A stretch of 64,000 nt of DNA from Trichinella spiralis (lineage: Eukaryota). This document shows, in pieces, positions 25,688 through 39,402 of this stretch. The notes beneath the pieces are model-generated. The model did not search any database. It was not told the origin of the DNA and was given only the letters and a program-made list of their open reading frames with translations. The first letter of the stretch is position 1; each line of letters begins with the position of its first letter. The stretch spans positions 8,659,472 to 8,723,471 of the forward strand of contig NW_003526943.1 in assembly GCF_000181795.1 (NCBI RefSeq), written 5' to 3'. A program made the position numbers and the translations under genes.

Positions 25688-28187
25688 CTAATTCCTTGTT
25701 CGCATCTTTACCATTTCAAAATGACTGTTCTCTATCCCAGACGAATGGGTTGCTTTAAGACAAAATTCACACATGTACGTAATGCAGGTAGACGCTGTGC
25801 AGATGTATTCTGCATCCCTGGGTGCTGTTTGACACAAGTCACACTTTGTATCATCAGAGAAATATGGTGCAATTCGAATCTAAAATACCATGAATTAATT
25901 TGCTTGAAAAAGAAGAAGCCATTGTAAAGCAAAATTCAATATATGACCTACAGATAAAAATTTCATGCTAACAGTATTCCTAGTATATTTTGTGAAACAA
26001 TCGTGGATAAGTTTTTCATTTCATTCTAAGATTTGAGATATGTGCCTAATAAAAAATGGAAAAAACTGATGATTAAACAAAGACTTACAATGTGATTATT
26101 TGTGCTTGGCATGGCAAGTTTCAGATGTACTTCATCTAATATTTTTCGATATGAAACAACATCTTTAAATGTGAGTCTAGCACAACCTGTTGGATATTCG
26201 AATTCATCTAAGTCTAAACGTACAGCACCAATACCAAGATAGCGTCTCTCCAGTGCTGCCGACAATTCCGCTAAAACATATTTATTCCTCAGTTTAAAAA
26301 AACTTCTGACGCTAACTGATACATGTCATTAATTTAGCATAAAAAATAATTAATCACTATAATTTAAATTTTATTATTAATTTATAAGTAAAAATGTTTT
26401 GCACGTATCGCTTTACTAACCAGCTTTACATGGCAACGGCAAATTAGTGCAAACAACTGTCATCCGTGAGCAACCACTCATATCCATTAAAGGCATAAAA
26501 TACGCACAATTTTCTTTAAACCATGGTATGATTTCAATCTAAAACAACATTTAGTAATGAAATGTTTATAAAATAATTGTAATTACATACTTTCAATATT
26601 TTTGCATATTCAGGGCATTTCATAAAATATCTTCCACAGTCACCAGTGCAGTCAAGTAATAACATTTCTGCAGACGCCTCAGTTTCGAAAATAACAAATG
26701 CCGAAGCTATAATAAATTATTAATTTTCTTTCACTAAAAAATCAAAAATGCAAATTAATTTTTACCTCCATCTTCACGTTCCCAACGTTTGCACTCAATG
26801 CGAATTATTTTTCCATACTTAGAAAACAGATTGTGCAAATCATCTAAAGTGAAATTCAATTAAAGAAAGTGTGAATTTATTCAATGAAAATTCTTTAAAA
26901 GTATAAAACACACAATATTTTCGAGACAAGGTTTTTCATTTTCATGAATACATTATATATACTATAATTTGAAAATTAAATGCACTTTTTTTATTAACTT
27001 CCAGTGGGTCCTATTTGTCATTTAAATTTAAGAATAAACATTTCATTCCTTATCAAATGCATTAACGATAAAATATAATTATCAAATACCTTTGGAAATA
27101 TGCGCAGCCAATCCATTTATGAGAACTTTTCTTGATAAATATTTTTTATGCTGTGGATAAAAGTTGATTTGACGCAAGAATTCGAATGGTGTAAGAAAAC
27201 TACGCATAGTCTTTCGTTTCCTAGGTTGAAAGTTTGGCTCGTCTAAAAGTAACATTCATAATTTATGAAGTTTAAATCATGCCTCAGAATATATTTAAAT
27301 TAAATCAAACAAAATTAAACCTGAGACGTACTGTTAAAAGTATCAATAAGTGCACTTACTAAAACACAGTGGTTCAAGAATTTCCTCAGGATTTGATGTC
27401 CTACTACGCTCCGGACGTTGGACAGCTGCAGACTGAATTACGGGCTGTTGAGCTAAAGTATAAAAACTTATCACAGATTATTCATTTTCATATATTTAAC
27501 TAGTATCCTCATTGCATAATTTTTACAATTCAGTAAGTTACAAATAAATTAAAAAATATTTTTTAAGATTTCAATTATTTACGTTCTTGATTTTGACGAC
27601 GTTCCTGGGGAACTAATGGAGGTCGAGTGATTGGTGGTGGATAGTGATGAAGTTGCATTGCTAAAATAATTTATATGAAATAAAAATGTATTAATATATG
27701 CAAAAAACTTCTTACGCTCTTGAATAGGATAAGCAGCATAGGGTACATTCATATTGGCTACAAAGGGTGGAGGTACAAACGCTAAATGCAATTAATGTTT
27801 TGAATGAAATTTGAAATTTACAAATTATTAAAAGCATACAAAAATTAGCAATATTTTGCATGATGCATTCTACAAAAATTCTGATTATTTTGTTAATTAT
27901 CCTAGACATTCAATTTGAAAACCATTAGTGAATACATTAGTGCAGCTGTAAAGAAAAGAAATTCGTTCAGTATAAATTTTTAATATTTAAAATGATTAAA
28001 ATTTAAGCAACTACTACCACCATTTCTACTTACCAACTCCATTGGCAGCTGAGTACACAGGAATGTAATACTGCTGATTCTCTGTTGCTGGCATTACAAA
28101 TAAGGAAGGATAATCAAAAAAATTGAATAAGTTAAACTGTTGATTAAAGTGTTGATTAAACTGTTGATTAAACTGTTGATTCGGATC
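25688..28187 (-). CDS. Divergent CPEB-family (cytoplasmic polyadenylation element binding) protein: low-complexity N-terminus, two RRMs, C-terminal ZZ-type zinc finger; start codon unresolved
   Basis: In-phase spliced translation: YLSRKVLINGL...DDLHNLFSKYG...SAFVIFE...IEIIPW...AELSAALERRYLGIGAVRLDLDEFEYPTGCARLTF...IRIAPYF..CDLC..CTASTCITYMCEFCLKATH..SH, ending at stop TAG 25688-25690. This matches CPEB landmarks (SRKVFVGG, VQIRPW, YPKGAGRV, VEIKPY, C6H2 finger). Confidence 0.82.
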
Positions 28188-29313
28188 CTAAAATGAGAAT
28201 CAGTTGTAATCATGCACTAAAAAATCAAAACTGAAATTATTTTAATCAAAATCAAGGATTTAATTTTAATAAATTTGCTTAAAATTCATATTCCATTGAG
28301 GACTGACTGACTGTATATGTTTTATGTTATTTCAGTGAAAAATCATTGGAGATTTAATTCTAGGGTTTAATTCGTTTAATCACTTGAAATGTGTCAGAAC
28401 TTCAACTGCAAAAAACATAAATAGTAGTAACGAAAACTAAATTGCCAAAAATCTTGCAAAAAATTTTTGCAAAAGTTGTACTAAATATTCAGAAAAGATG
28501 CTGTCTGAAAAGAAAATTTAAATTAAAAAATCACTTCATTATTAACTTCCATATTTCAATTTTATCTTTTTATTAGTTAGCAACATTTCTAAATTAAAAT
28601 TACACGATTATTCGAGTATTACTATTATTATTATCAAGAAAGGAAAATTTGGTTGTATTGTAAAAATAAAACAATTAAAATGTGCAATTGTTTATTATGC
28701 ATCGCAACATAATAAAACTACACACCGAAAAATAAAATAAATCTGAAAATGCATAATTATTTGTATTCAAATAATTAAGTTAAAATTTATTACAATAAAT
28801 ACGATTAATCATTACTTAATTTGCACATTTTGATTTAAATATTAAATTTAAGAAGCAGTAAAAAAAATTCAAAAATTTGCACAGCCTATTAACAAAAATA
28901 ATTATTTATCTATTAAAATGCATTACTGATTTAATAAAACAGAATTAATCTTATTCTGCTAACGTCAAAAAGGATAAAATGTGCATACCATCTCACCAAT
29001 TAACGAATGCACAAAAATGATCAAATTAATTGAACTATGCAATAATTCGTAAGTCTTTTANGGATATATTTTTAAATTGCCATCAAGCTTATGCAAATTT
29101 GACATGTTATTTATCATTAACGTTATTTCATTTTCCATTAAATATTAGTACTTTCGTAANAACATGCACTACTAGTTTTTTACATCAAAAATGACAAAAA
29201 GCAATAATGACCCACATTATCATTAGTATTGTGAAACCAATGAACTGCCAAAGTAATTGGCACATTCCCTTGAGCTTTTATGTTTAAACTGAAGCAATTA
29301 TAATATAATANTA

Positions 29314-29410
29314 ATATTATATTATATTATATTATATTATATTATATTATATTATATTATATTATATTATATTATATTATATTATATTATATTATATTGT
29401 ATTATATTAT
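29314..29410. repeat. (ATTAT)n pentanucleotide microsatellite with adjacent ambiguous bases
   Basis: Tandem attat run; N calls at 29061-29480 mark low-quality assembly. Confidence 0.95.
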
Positions 29411-30049
29411 AACACAAAATATTAATATTANTATATATATAANNNAANGATGCCATNTAAATTNNNNGNNANTNANCTCCCATAATTTTTTCATATATCT
29501 TGGGAACTGGAATAAACACAGAAAAAAAATAATAATCGGATTTACTTGCGTCTTTATGTTAAAACTGCTGTTTTGTCAAACTTGCTGCAAAACAGTTTTT
29601 TAGATTTTATTATTACATAAAAAATTTTTTTTTAATTAATCTAAGAATAATTTTTTGATACGTCATCATTCAACTGAAATATTTAAATGATTGCAAATTT
29701 GTCATGTTATAATCATGAATGTGTGAGCGTGATTGAGTGCAGCAATCAGTACGTACTCTGATTCATCTGAAATTAATAAATCATATTCAATTGACCTGCA
29801 AATGTACATGTACTTGTACGTGTACATGTCTACAGCTAATTATGATTTGAAATTAAAAATTAAATGGAATAAATTCTAAATTTCTAAATAATTCATGTTA
29901 ATTCAACTGAATGAATGGCATAATTACCAAAGATCAGTTACAACGCCAATTTCAATTTATCGAATCACTTAATGAAGCTAATAAATACATCACATGAATG
30001 ATAAAAAATAATTAACATTTATCAAGCATAAATTTTCATCTTACTCAAA

Positions 30050-30301
30050 AAGAAATAGCCACGAAAACGTGCTGGAAATCAGTTTCCTTTTATCGAATGG
30101 TAAAGCTATCACAAACCGGTGACTGCCAACCACAACGGATGCCCAACGAGCAATGAAGAATGACCGTGGTAATGATATTACTGCTAGCTAACGGCCAAAC
30201 GAAGAACAATAAATCCTTTCGACCGACCAATCACGTTCAACGCTTATACAAACCAAAAAGCTTATCTAACTGTTCATCTGGCTATCGTCTGGCTATTTCT
30301 T
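30050..30301. mobile_element. Putative MITE (~250 bp)
   Basis: Terminal inverted repeats aagaaatagcca (30050-30061) and tggctatttctt (30290-30301), extended by cga/tcg after a small indel. The interior is GC-richer and non-coding. No clear TSD. Confidence 0.45.
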
Positions 30302-31430
30302 AGAAAAATTTTCAAAAATGACCTCTAAAATAACAGTACCACTTATTATTTGTCAAACAACGCTACCAAAAATAAGATGCCAAAATGGCCACAAGCATTC
30401 GACCCAGAATTGTTATTCACGTGACATGCTGCAGTTCACCAACTGACCGAAGGTCAGCAGCATTGTCGGTCACATCTGTTTTTTAGCATTAAAATATGGA
30501 TTTCGGTCATTGGCATTGATTTCTCGTTCTATTCATGTAGCTGTGCAGCTTGAAAATGGCAATTATTCCCATCATATTAATTCGTTAAAAATTAAAGTGT
30601 AAAAACTGACACAAGAAGATTAATTAGTTTAACATTTGACTTGTAAATTGCTAATTTAAAAATTATTCATGAAAAATATACTCACAACTTACAATATTGA
30701 TTCGTTTTCCGACTTTGTTTAGTAACTGCTATACATACAAGAACAAACAAGAGAGGTCAAAGTGTTGATGACTTGGTTTGATGCCAGATGCAAAAACTGT
30801 GCCATGCCAATATATTTGGTTGAATAATTAGCTCTTTTTAAGCTACAGATATTTTCCCAACTTTCTTTAATCAAACTTTTCATGTATTTTAACCATTCAT
30901 TATTATTCCGTAACACAACAATTTAAACTTTTATCATTCAATGTGAAACTTTATAAAAACTGTTCTATTGATAAAAAAATCTAAATATTAATAACATTGC
31001 CATTTTGGTTTATGCAAATAATTTCACATTTGATATGCTCCAGCAGTCATATAACAATGATGCTGTTGTTTAATATCATATGTTTATTTAAGCAATATTT
31101 CTCATCTTTAAGCATTAGTTCATATTCAGTATTTGACAGGAAACTTAATACAATAACATCCTCTACACTAAAAAAATGTTATACTTATTTGAATTAATAT
31201 CTGTTTTTTGTTTAAAAAGATAAAATAATTTAGTCTCCCATACGTAACTGCAATGCTCAAAATTTCGTACATACTTTATATGCTTCAAAAATACTAATTA
31301 CTAATGCAATTAATCATCAATATTATCATAGCATGCTCAGAAAATAAAAGAAAGGACTAAAAATAAAATTTACTAGATACTCAAAGCAACCAGGCAAATA
31401 AAATCAGTCACAGATAGTAATAGTGACCAA

Positions 31431-34400
31431 TTATCCTGAAACATGTGCTGATCTTTTGCTTTCATTGTTCAACATCGCAATGAAATCTTCAATTTTTTCC
31501 TGAATCACTCGAACTTGTTCTACAATTAAAATATTATTACTTAATGAAATGAAAAATTAATTATACATTTCAAATTATTTCAATAAAAATAGATTTTTTC
31601 AACATTAATTAAATAAACAATTATTATTTTAAGAGCTAAATTTTTGTTACTCAGTTTCTCTGCCAATTCAACTTGTGCACCCTGTAAATACTGTCGTTTC
31701 ATTTGAGAGTCATGCGACCATTCGTTAAGAATTTCTTTGATTTCTTTTTCAAGATATCTAACTATAAAATATATAATAATTAGTAATGAATAACAATATA
31801 AACAATATTTTACCTTCCGTACTAACAATTTGCTGTCTTAAAGCATTAGCAGTAATGTGAAGCATTCGCTGAACGCGCCAAAATAAGACAACTGAACTAC
31901 AATCTCCCTATAGTATAGTATAATATAATATAATATAATATAATAACACAAAAAATAAGGGCAAAAATGAAATATTCATTCCTAAAAATGCAAAATAAAA
32001 AAAGTCTAAATTATGTTATTTTAAAACGTTACTTCTGAGGTGCAAACTTTATATGCTAGGTACGATTAATAAGTAAATAAATAAATAATTTACCACTTCG
32101 TCGAATCCTTTCTGATGATGAAGAAACATGCTTTGACATTCATTGGCAGTGAGAAGAGATTTGCGCAAAAACCATACTCGGTAAAGTTGATGCCAAGTTT
32201 CACGTACTTCATCTTCTCCAACTTCAAAACCACTATTCCGAACGTTACGTCGAATCATGATCATTTCGTCTGAATCAATGAATGGATTCCTGGACTTTAG
32301 AGAATTAAAATTGAAATAAATAAAAGAAAAAGCATATAATTTTTTATTAAGAAATAATTAAAACATTACCGAAATGTTGTGAAGTAATGGTTTCAATTGA
32401 TCGGCTATGGCTTGAATTTTCAGTTCATCTTCTGATGGGGAAGACCAACGCAACCATCGCGCGGTTTTGCTATCATGCAAGCTGTGCTTTTCCAACTCTT
32501 TCAAACGAAGTTTAATTTTATCTTCCATAAATAAAATCGCATCTTTCCAACAAACTTTGCTCGGTACTGTTCGATCTTCAAGCGCGTTTTGTTGAATAAT
32601 ACGCTAATCAATCAATCAATCAGTCAAACATTCATAACAACAAAAATAATAAACTAAAACACCAATTATTGTACATAAATAAATATACATACATACCAAT
32701 GATTCCAAAGCCCGTTTATTCCATGTATGAGAATTTAACGCTTTTTCAATCACCGCTTCTTTCAACGGCTTATAGCATGATGACCATCCATCTTCGGGTT
32801 GATGCTTTTTACTAACATTCAATCGAGTGAACTGTTCACGTAGCACTGCCCATCCTGCTTCGACACATTTTCGAGGAAGTTGAGTATCGGCCCAGTGCTT
32901 CAATTTTATATCAACAGTAGTGTTGAAAGTACTGTAAAATATAAACAATTACCGAATAATATTTTTGAAAAAAAAACATTAAAACACCAAAATATATACT
33001 GAGGCTTATCTCCGACAAAAGCGGATATTAATATGTTTTCAAAAACGTATGAACTCATAGTTTCCCATAATTTTTCCCGCAAAGCCGTTTCCCATTCCGC
33101 GGTACTCGTTGCGTTCAGCTGAACCAATTCATCCAAAATCTCCGTTTTCGCCCTTGCATACAGTTCGTCCTATAAGCAAGAACATTATTCTCTTTATACG
33201 AAATATTACTAATTTATTTATTATTACTCTGTCTATATCACGAAGTTTTGGAAATCGGTTCTTCCATTCGGTTTCAAGATTAAAACGAACAGCTTTGAAA
33301 CTGTCAGCTTGTTGACCAATGGACTCTTTGACCATTTTCCAAAAGCATTTACTGACCGCTAAGGACATATTTTTAGTCGTCAGCTGAGATGGCGGCAAAA
33401 TGCTTCCTCTAAAATATTCAACAAACATATCATTGATATTGAAAAAAAATAATAAACACCAATTTCACTTGAACACTACATTCCCTTGTGACAAATGTTG
33501 AATTTTGTTCAGAAGATTATGATTTTTCTTTCAACTTACTGAAAAAGCTGCGATTTTGCAAAAAACGATTCCTCATAATTTCTGATAACGTCTATACTAT
33601 CGCCACTGTTGCCTTTACCAGTCACGACGGCAAAATAGCCGAGAGCTTTCATTGGAAATAATTCCCCTTGAAGAATTTTTTTAATCTATAATATTTATTG
33701 TCATTTGAAACTTTTTCCTTTTCAATAATCTACATCCAAATCTGCATGCATACCATGTCTGGATTGGTTAAATTTTCCTCGGCCAAATCGACCTTGGTTA
33801 ATACAAGAATTGTTCGTTTGCCTGCTGGATCCACCGACGACACCAGTTCAGTTACATTGCTTCGTTCAGCATCCACGGATCCATCTGAAAATAATAATAA
33901 AAATTACAAAAGTAGAAAAGAAAACTTAAATATAATTCACCTTGAATGCAAAGTATAATTGCATTTGGATTTTCTAAATAAGTCTTGCATATTTTCAAAA
34001 TATCTTCCTTAGTATCAGCTGCCATTCCAGTAGTAACAGTCTTCAACAAGCAACAATTGATTCAATAGAATGGAATTTTAATTGCTTACAAGCTTCACTT
34101 ACACTGATCACACCGGGCAAGTCTACAAGCACCATTCGTGGTAAACCGGGACCTTTAACGCTCAAACCAATCACTTCATTGCTGACTGTTTTCCCGCCCT
34201 TGACGCTATTCAACATTCTCAATTCAATTTCTCTTCGCAGTTCAGCAAGCTGAATATAAACGGAATTCATTTATTAATTATTAAAAATCTCTATTATGCT
34301 ATTAATAAATTCATCTTTCGACAACAACAATTTCAGTCCTGAAAATGTTGAGTAGAAGAGAGAGAGAGAGAAAAACAGTACTTCTTTTTCAGAAGTCAAA

Positions 34401-36628
34401 TCAAATTCCCGCTGACTGTCCCGGAACTGTGCGATGTGATAAGGACCATCACTGAGTGTTACTTTCACCGGGGCTCTTGTCATCATTTCACCAGATCCCC
34501 TGAATTAAAATTTTCTTGAAAAAATCACGAACAGAACTTTCAATACCACTTTTTACCTGGGAAATATTCTAGCTTGGGCAATCATTTCCAACACGCTCGT
34601 TTTACCAGAACTTTGATCTCCCACTACAACAACCTAGAAATTATCATTTGTCAGCTAGATTCATGTAACATCAACTAAACAATCTTTTATTAAACAAAGC
34701 TTATCACAGAAAAAAAATAATAATTACCCTCGGAAGATGATCTTGAGTACTGTATGATGAATCATAATCAATAAGAAGATCCAACACGGACGAATACATA
34801 TCAATTAGTGATTCCTGTTGAAGAAAAAAACAAATATTACTCAAAATCATTATAAATTGAACATTTTAAAATCAATTTTTACATTTCCTTTTCTTAATTT
34901 CACATCTTTGCCACTCTGGGATTGAAGTACTCGTCGTAATTCTGCATTTTCCTTCTCCAGCTGTTCAATCTTCTCTTGAAATTTCATCTACAAATATAAT
35001 TTTACTTGCAATACAAAACAAATTTCTCATTCATCCAATTCTCATCTTCAGTCATCATTAATTAATAATAAAAAGAACAAAAAGCCGTCATCTCATTCAT
35101 ATAAATACATGAAAACAAATTCCAAGTTTAACAATTTATTAAACAATAACAATTAAACGTGCTTATTATCAAAATGTGATTCGTTTCTCAAAACTGGAGT
35201 AATTCATTCGCTTGCATTTAACAAAGAATAATTGTAAAATTTTACAAATTAATTGCAGCTCAGCTTTAATATATTGTAATTTCATCTGACTTCAAAAAGA
35301 GCATCTCTATGTGGGAAATTAATTAAGAAAAAAAAACGAAATAATACATACTTCAGTTTGTAGAGTGTCATTACGTTCGCGTTCGTGTGCTTCTTTAGCT
35401 TCATCCGATGGACTTTCTTCTGCATAAACTGTTCATTTAGTTAATAAAAAAACAGAAATATTCTACAAACATCATGGAAAATTATTTACCAAAAACTGCT
35501 GGATCAGTAATCAAGGACAGCACCGGCGTGTCTGCAAAAAATTAAATTTCTAAAATTTTCTGAATTTCCATACAAAAAATGAAACAACTGGAAGTAAATA
35601 ATAATTCTCTTTCATGTAAATCAATTTATTACATCTTTCTACAGTAATAAACATCACCAAAAATATTAACAAATTAACGCACAATAACATTAAATATACG
35701 CAAATAAAACCAAACCTGTTAAAACTGTCTTCTTATCTTCGAACCATTCCAATAAATCTCTCTTCACCTGCTTTGGCAACCACCCGGTGTCTTCCATTTT
35801 CTTGTAAAGTAGCATCTTCTGTGTAGTTACAGTGTCAGCAACCGTTCGAAACGAATCTTTTAATTGAGCAACCAGATTTGAATCCATATTTATCCAAGAT
35901 AAATCTGGTAATTTATCCATCCAAGATTGAACATTCTGAATATCATTATTTTCAAAATAAAAACCTTTCAAAATCAAATAACAAATATTTTCCCAAACCT
36001 GAGACAACGTCAGACCACCGCCAACAATTGTACCAATCACAACGTAGCGAATATGCATAATACCTTTAACCAATCGCGTAATAAGACTGAAATTTCTGAT
36101 TCCATACGGTGCTACTGACAGTGGAACATTCACCTTTAACAACGACATTCTGAAGGTTGGAAGATTTAAAACATCATTTTGAAATGTAAAAATAAAATTT
36201 TTAATATGCTCAGATTACAAGTTTAATTAAAACAAAAAAAATAATTAATCAATAAGTAAGTAACAAAAAGTGCAATGCAGCACTTGAAAACTCACAAATC
36301 TTACACCAAGATGATAACTAAGCAAAACACATTAAAATGTTAAAAAAACAAAACTTCAGAATTTCAAAAAAAAACAACATTTAATTTACGACAATTATCC
36401 GTGCATTTATAAATAGAATATCACATTTCAAACAACTTGCCGATTTAATGAAGAATGTCTACAAATGACGTAACCCCTTTGGCTAGAAGAAACATTAAAA
36501 CAGGGGGAAGACTTGCGTAATGCCGAAACCAGACAGACGTGTCTAAAAAATTTAACAATTTAAAATGAAATAACATAAACTACAAACAGCAGAACTTACC
36601 GCATAAACAAACAGTAAATACGCCTCAT
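31431..36628 (-). CDS. OPA1: Dynamin-like 120 kDa mitochondrial fusion GTPase OPA1 (nematode eat-3), multi-exon
   Basis: N-terminal [108 protein letters not shown]-terminus [16 protein letters not shown]..., stop 31431-31433. The start at 36628 is inferred from a short first exon [10 protein letters not shown]. Confidence 0.95.
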
Positions 36629-37600
36629 CTTAATAAAATAGCTTTTTTATGGCAAGTGTTCGACATTAACTTCGGCGTGTCTTAGGATAGCAGTAAAGAA
36701 TAATAATGAGCACAACATGAATCTAAAAAATTTTTTCAATAACTTCTTTTAAAAAAATGTAAAAGAATTAGGCATATTCAATAAATGAATAGTCGAACAA
36801 GTGATAAAAACGACCATAACTAATCAAACGCATCTCTTATACGTTAGAAATGTCTAAGTAATAAAATTTAAACAACAACAACAGTTAATTAAAAGAACAT
36901 GAGAAATGAAAAAGATAGGTTACATAAAAATATACTGGGATTACAGAAAAGTAAGTAATACATACATCACCATATTAAAACTGTAATACTGTAAGTAAAT
37001 GAAGTTGAAGTGATTATTGTCGAAGAAAACAATATCGATGTAATGGATAATGACTGAGTACGATTTAAACGTATTTTATAAGCAAAATAAAAGATATTAT
37101 TTTATACAAAATGCTACTTTAAAATATTTTATTCTGATTATTGGGTGAGAAGTAAGAAATGAAATAAGACTGCGAAATATTATATTGAAAAATTTATTAT
37201 TTTATGAAAAATAATTAGAAATTTATCAAATGCTCTATAAGTTTTAAAATAATGTTATATTAAGAATTAATTTTAAGGATTAAAAATTTTGAAGTTCATT
37301 AATACTTAATTTCAGTTAATACAGTAATTTGAATTCTGTAATATAAAATCAAATTCTGTTGATTTTATTTTTTACGGTAAATAAACGTTTATTAAATGCA
37401 ATAATGTTACACATATTTTTAATTGAAAAATGTATTACGTGTATTTAGAAAAAATAAGATTGGTGGCGTAATCTATGATGTCTGAAGGCGAAGTAGATTT
37501 TTTAATTTTTAAATAAGTTATGTACGAGATTATAAGCTGATGTTATCAAAATTTTGATAAAACACAACTTTTTTGAAAGTTGAATTCATTTTAGATAAAA

Positions 37601-39057
37601 ATGAAATTATCTGCAAAAATTTCAAATACTGGAAGCATTGAAAATTTTACACGTAAGTTTATTTTAAGCTTCAACGTTATGTTATGTTATGAATTCAATT
37701 TAGTTGATTAAGTGGTAAATAAATTTTGTTTTTTTAATTGAATTAAAAATAGTGTCTTCAGGACTAATTTCCGCCATAAGTAAGCTTAGCAAGGAATGCA
37801 TCATTCGAATAGTTAAAGACAAACTGTACATAGCGAAGAAGGATTTTGTTCAAGATGCTGGCCAGAAGTTTCTGTGCGATTTGAATTTGGTATGGGAATA
37901 TTAAAGCAAATAAATTTGAATAAAAAATGTCGTTTCACGTGAATGAAATAAATTTTCAGGAGTCATTTTTCACGGAATTTCGCATGGAAGGTTGGAGTGC
38001 TGACAATAATGAAATTTACTTGCAGCTATCGACGGAACTTTTATTGCAAGCGTTGAAAACGGGAACGCTGGCCAAATCGTTAAAAATCCGTCTGACAAAA
38101 AAAGTAATACCCTATTTGACGTTGGAAATTAAACTTGTAAGTTATTAAAAAATAATTTTTGCATTTTTTCAACTTTTCAATTATTGTTTCAGCCTACAAT
38201 TACAGCTTGCAACAGATTAGTGACGCATGATATTCCTGTGACAATTCTTCTTCCGAGACTTTGGCCGGAGAAGTTATTTGAAAATTGGTCGCTCGATGCT
38301 GATTTGAAACTTCTGCTTCCACCAGTTCGAACTGTGCACAAAGTGGTCGCCGGAATGAAACATATTAATAATTATATTGTAAGATTTAAATATTGCAGTT
38401 CAATCAATTATAAAATACTGTTTTGCGTTGAGAATTTTATTCGTTCAATTTTACATTTAGATGATTGCTGGAAGCAATGGTGGTGAGCTGACGTTGAAAG
38501 TAGAAACTGATGAAGTTTCTGTAGCTTCTTGTTTTCCAAGCTTTGTTCAACCGTCCACTCACGTCACAGGTGATTGATTGTACAGCTTAACAAAAAATAA
38601 TCGGCAATCAAGTAGTTTTTATTTATTAATCAAAATTTTTTTCCCTTTATTCTGTAGATTCTTTTTTTCGTTATTTATATAATAAAAAGAGAATGAAAAG
38701 CGTTTAAAAAATTAATACTGCAAAATATTTTTTATTTTAAAAGTTGCTCAACTTTCAGGTCAAGAAAGCAGTACAACGTCGAATATTGATCTCGTACCCG
38801 CAAGCCGAGGAGACGGCAGCGTGACATATTCGACCAGAATTGACATCAGATGGTTGTTAGCTTTTCTCTCTAGTCAGCTCTCATCGCAGGGCCACATATC
38901 GCTGAGTAATTAATTATTCGTTTCATAAATTGTTACTCCGATAAATTTATTATTTAAATTTTCATTTGTAGGCATCATGGATGGTCAAATGGTATATTTC
39001 ACGGTGAACTGCGATGATTATCTCTTGCATTATTACATACCAGCCGTTTCTATTTGA
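37601..39057 (+). CDS. HUS1: Checkpoint clamp (9-1-1) subunit HUS1, multi-exon
   Basis: MKLSAKI..., FFTEFRMEG..NEIYLQL, AKSLKIRLTKK..PYLTLEI, RLVTHDIPV, and C-terminal LHYYIPAV match the HUS1 consensus. Stop TGA at 39055-39057. Confidence 0.92.
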
Positions 39058-39402
39058 ATTTGTTGGATAGATTTCTTTTCTTTGACTTTCCAAATAAAGT
39101 TGAATTGAATAAAAATAGCATTTTGCTCAGATTTTTCAGAAATCAATAATATACCTATTTGCCAATGTTTATATTTAAAAAAAACGAGAACGAGCGAAAA
39201 ACAAAACTTCACTATAAAAATTCCTGCTAATGCAGTCAAATTATAAATGTTTATAACTAACCAAAATTTTTCAAAGACAATAATAATCAAATGGCACTAC
39301 TAATTTTCCTATTCATCTAAAGTATTAACTTGAAACTAATATAGCCAGTAAACCTCGACTGAGAGCGAATTGAATCAATTGAACTATCTATAATAAGAAA
39401 TT

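Noticed and set aside
28130..29410. Tandem repeats considered as CRISPR-like arrays
   Set aside because: Head-to-tail micro/minisatellites without unique spacers, in a eukaryotic context with no cas genes.
35160..35310. Possible alternative OPA1 exon ([11 protein letters not shown]...)
   Set aside because: Could not find donor/acceptor phases that keep the frame open; needs RNA-seq.
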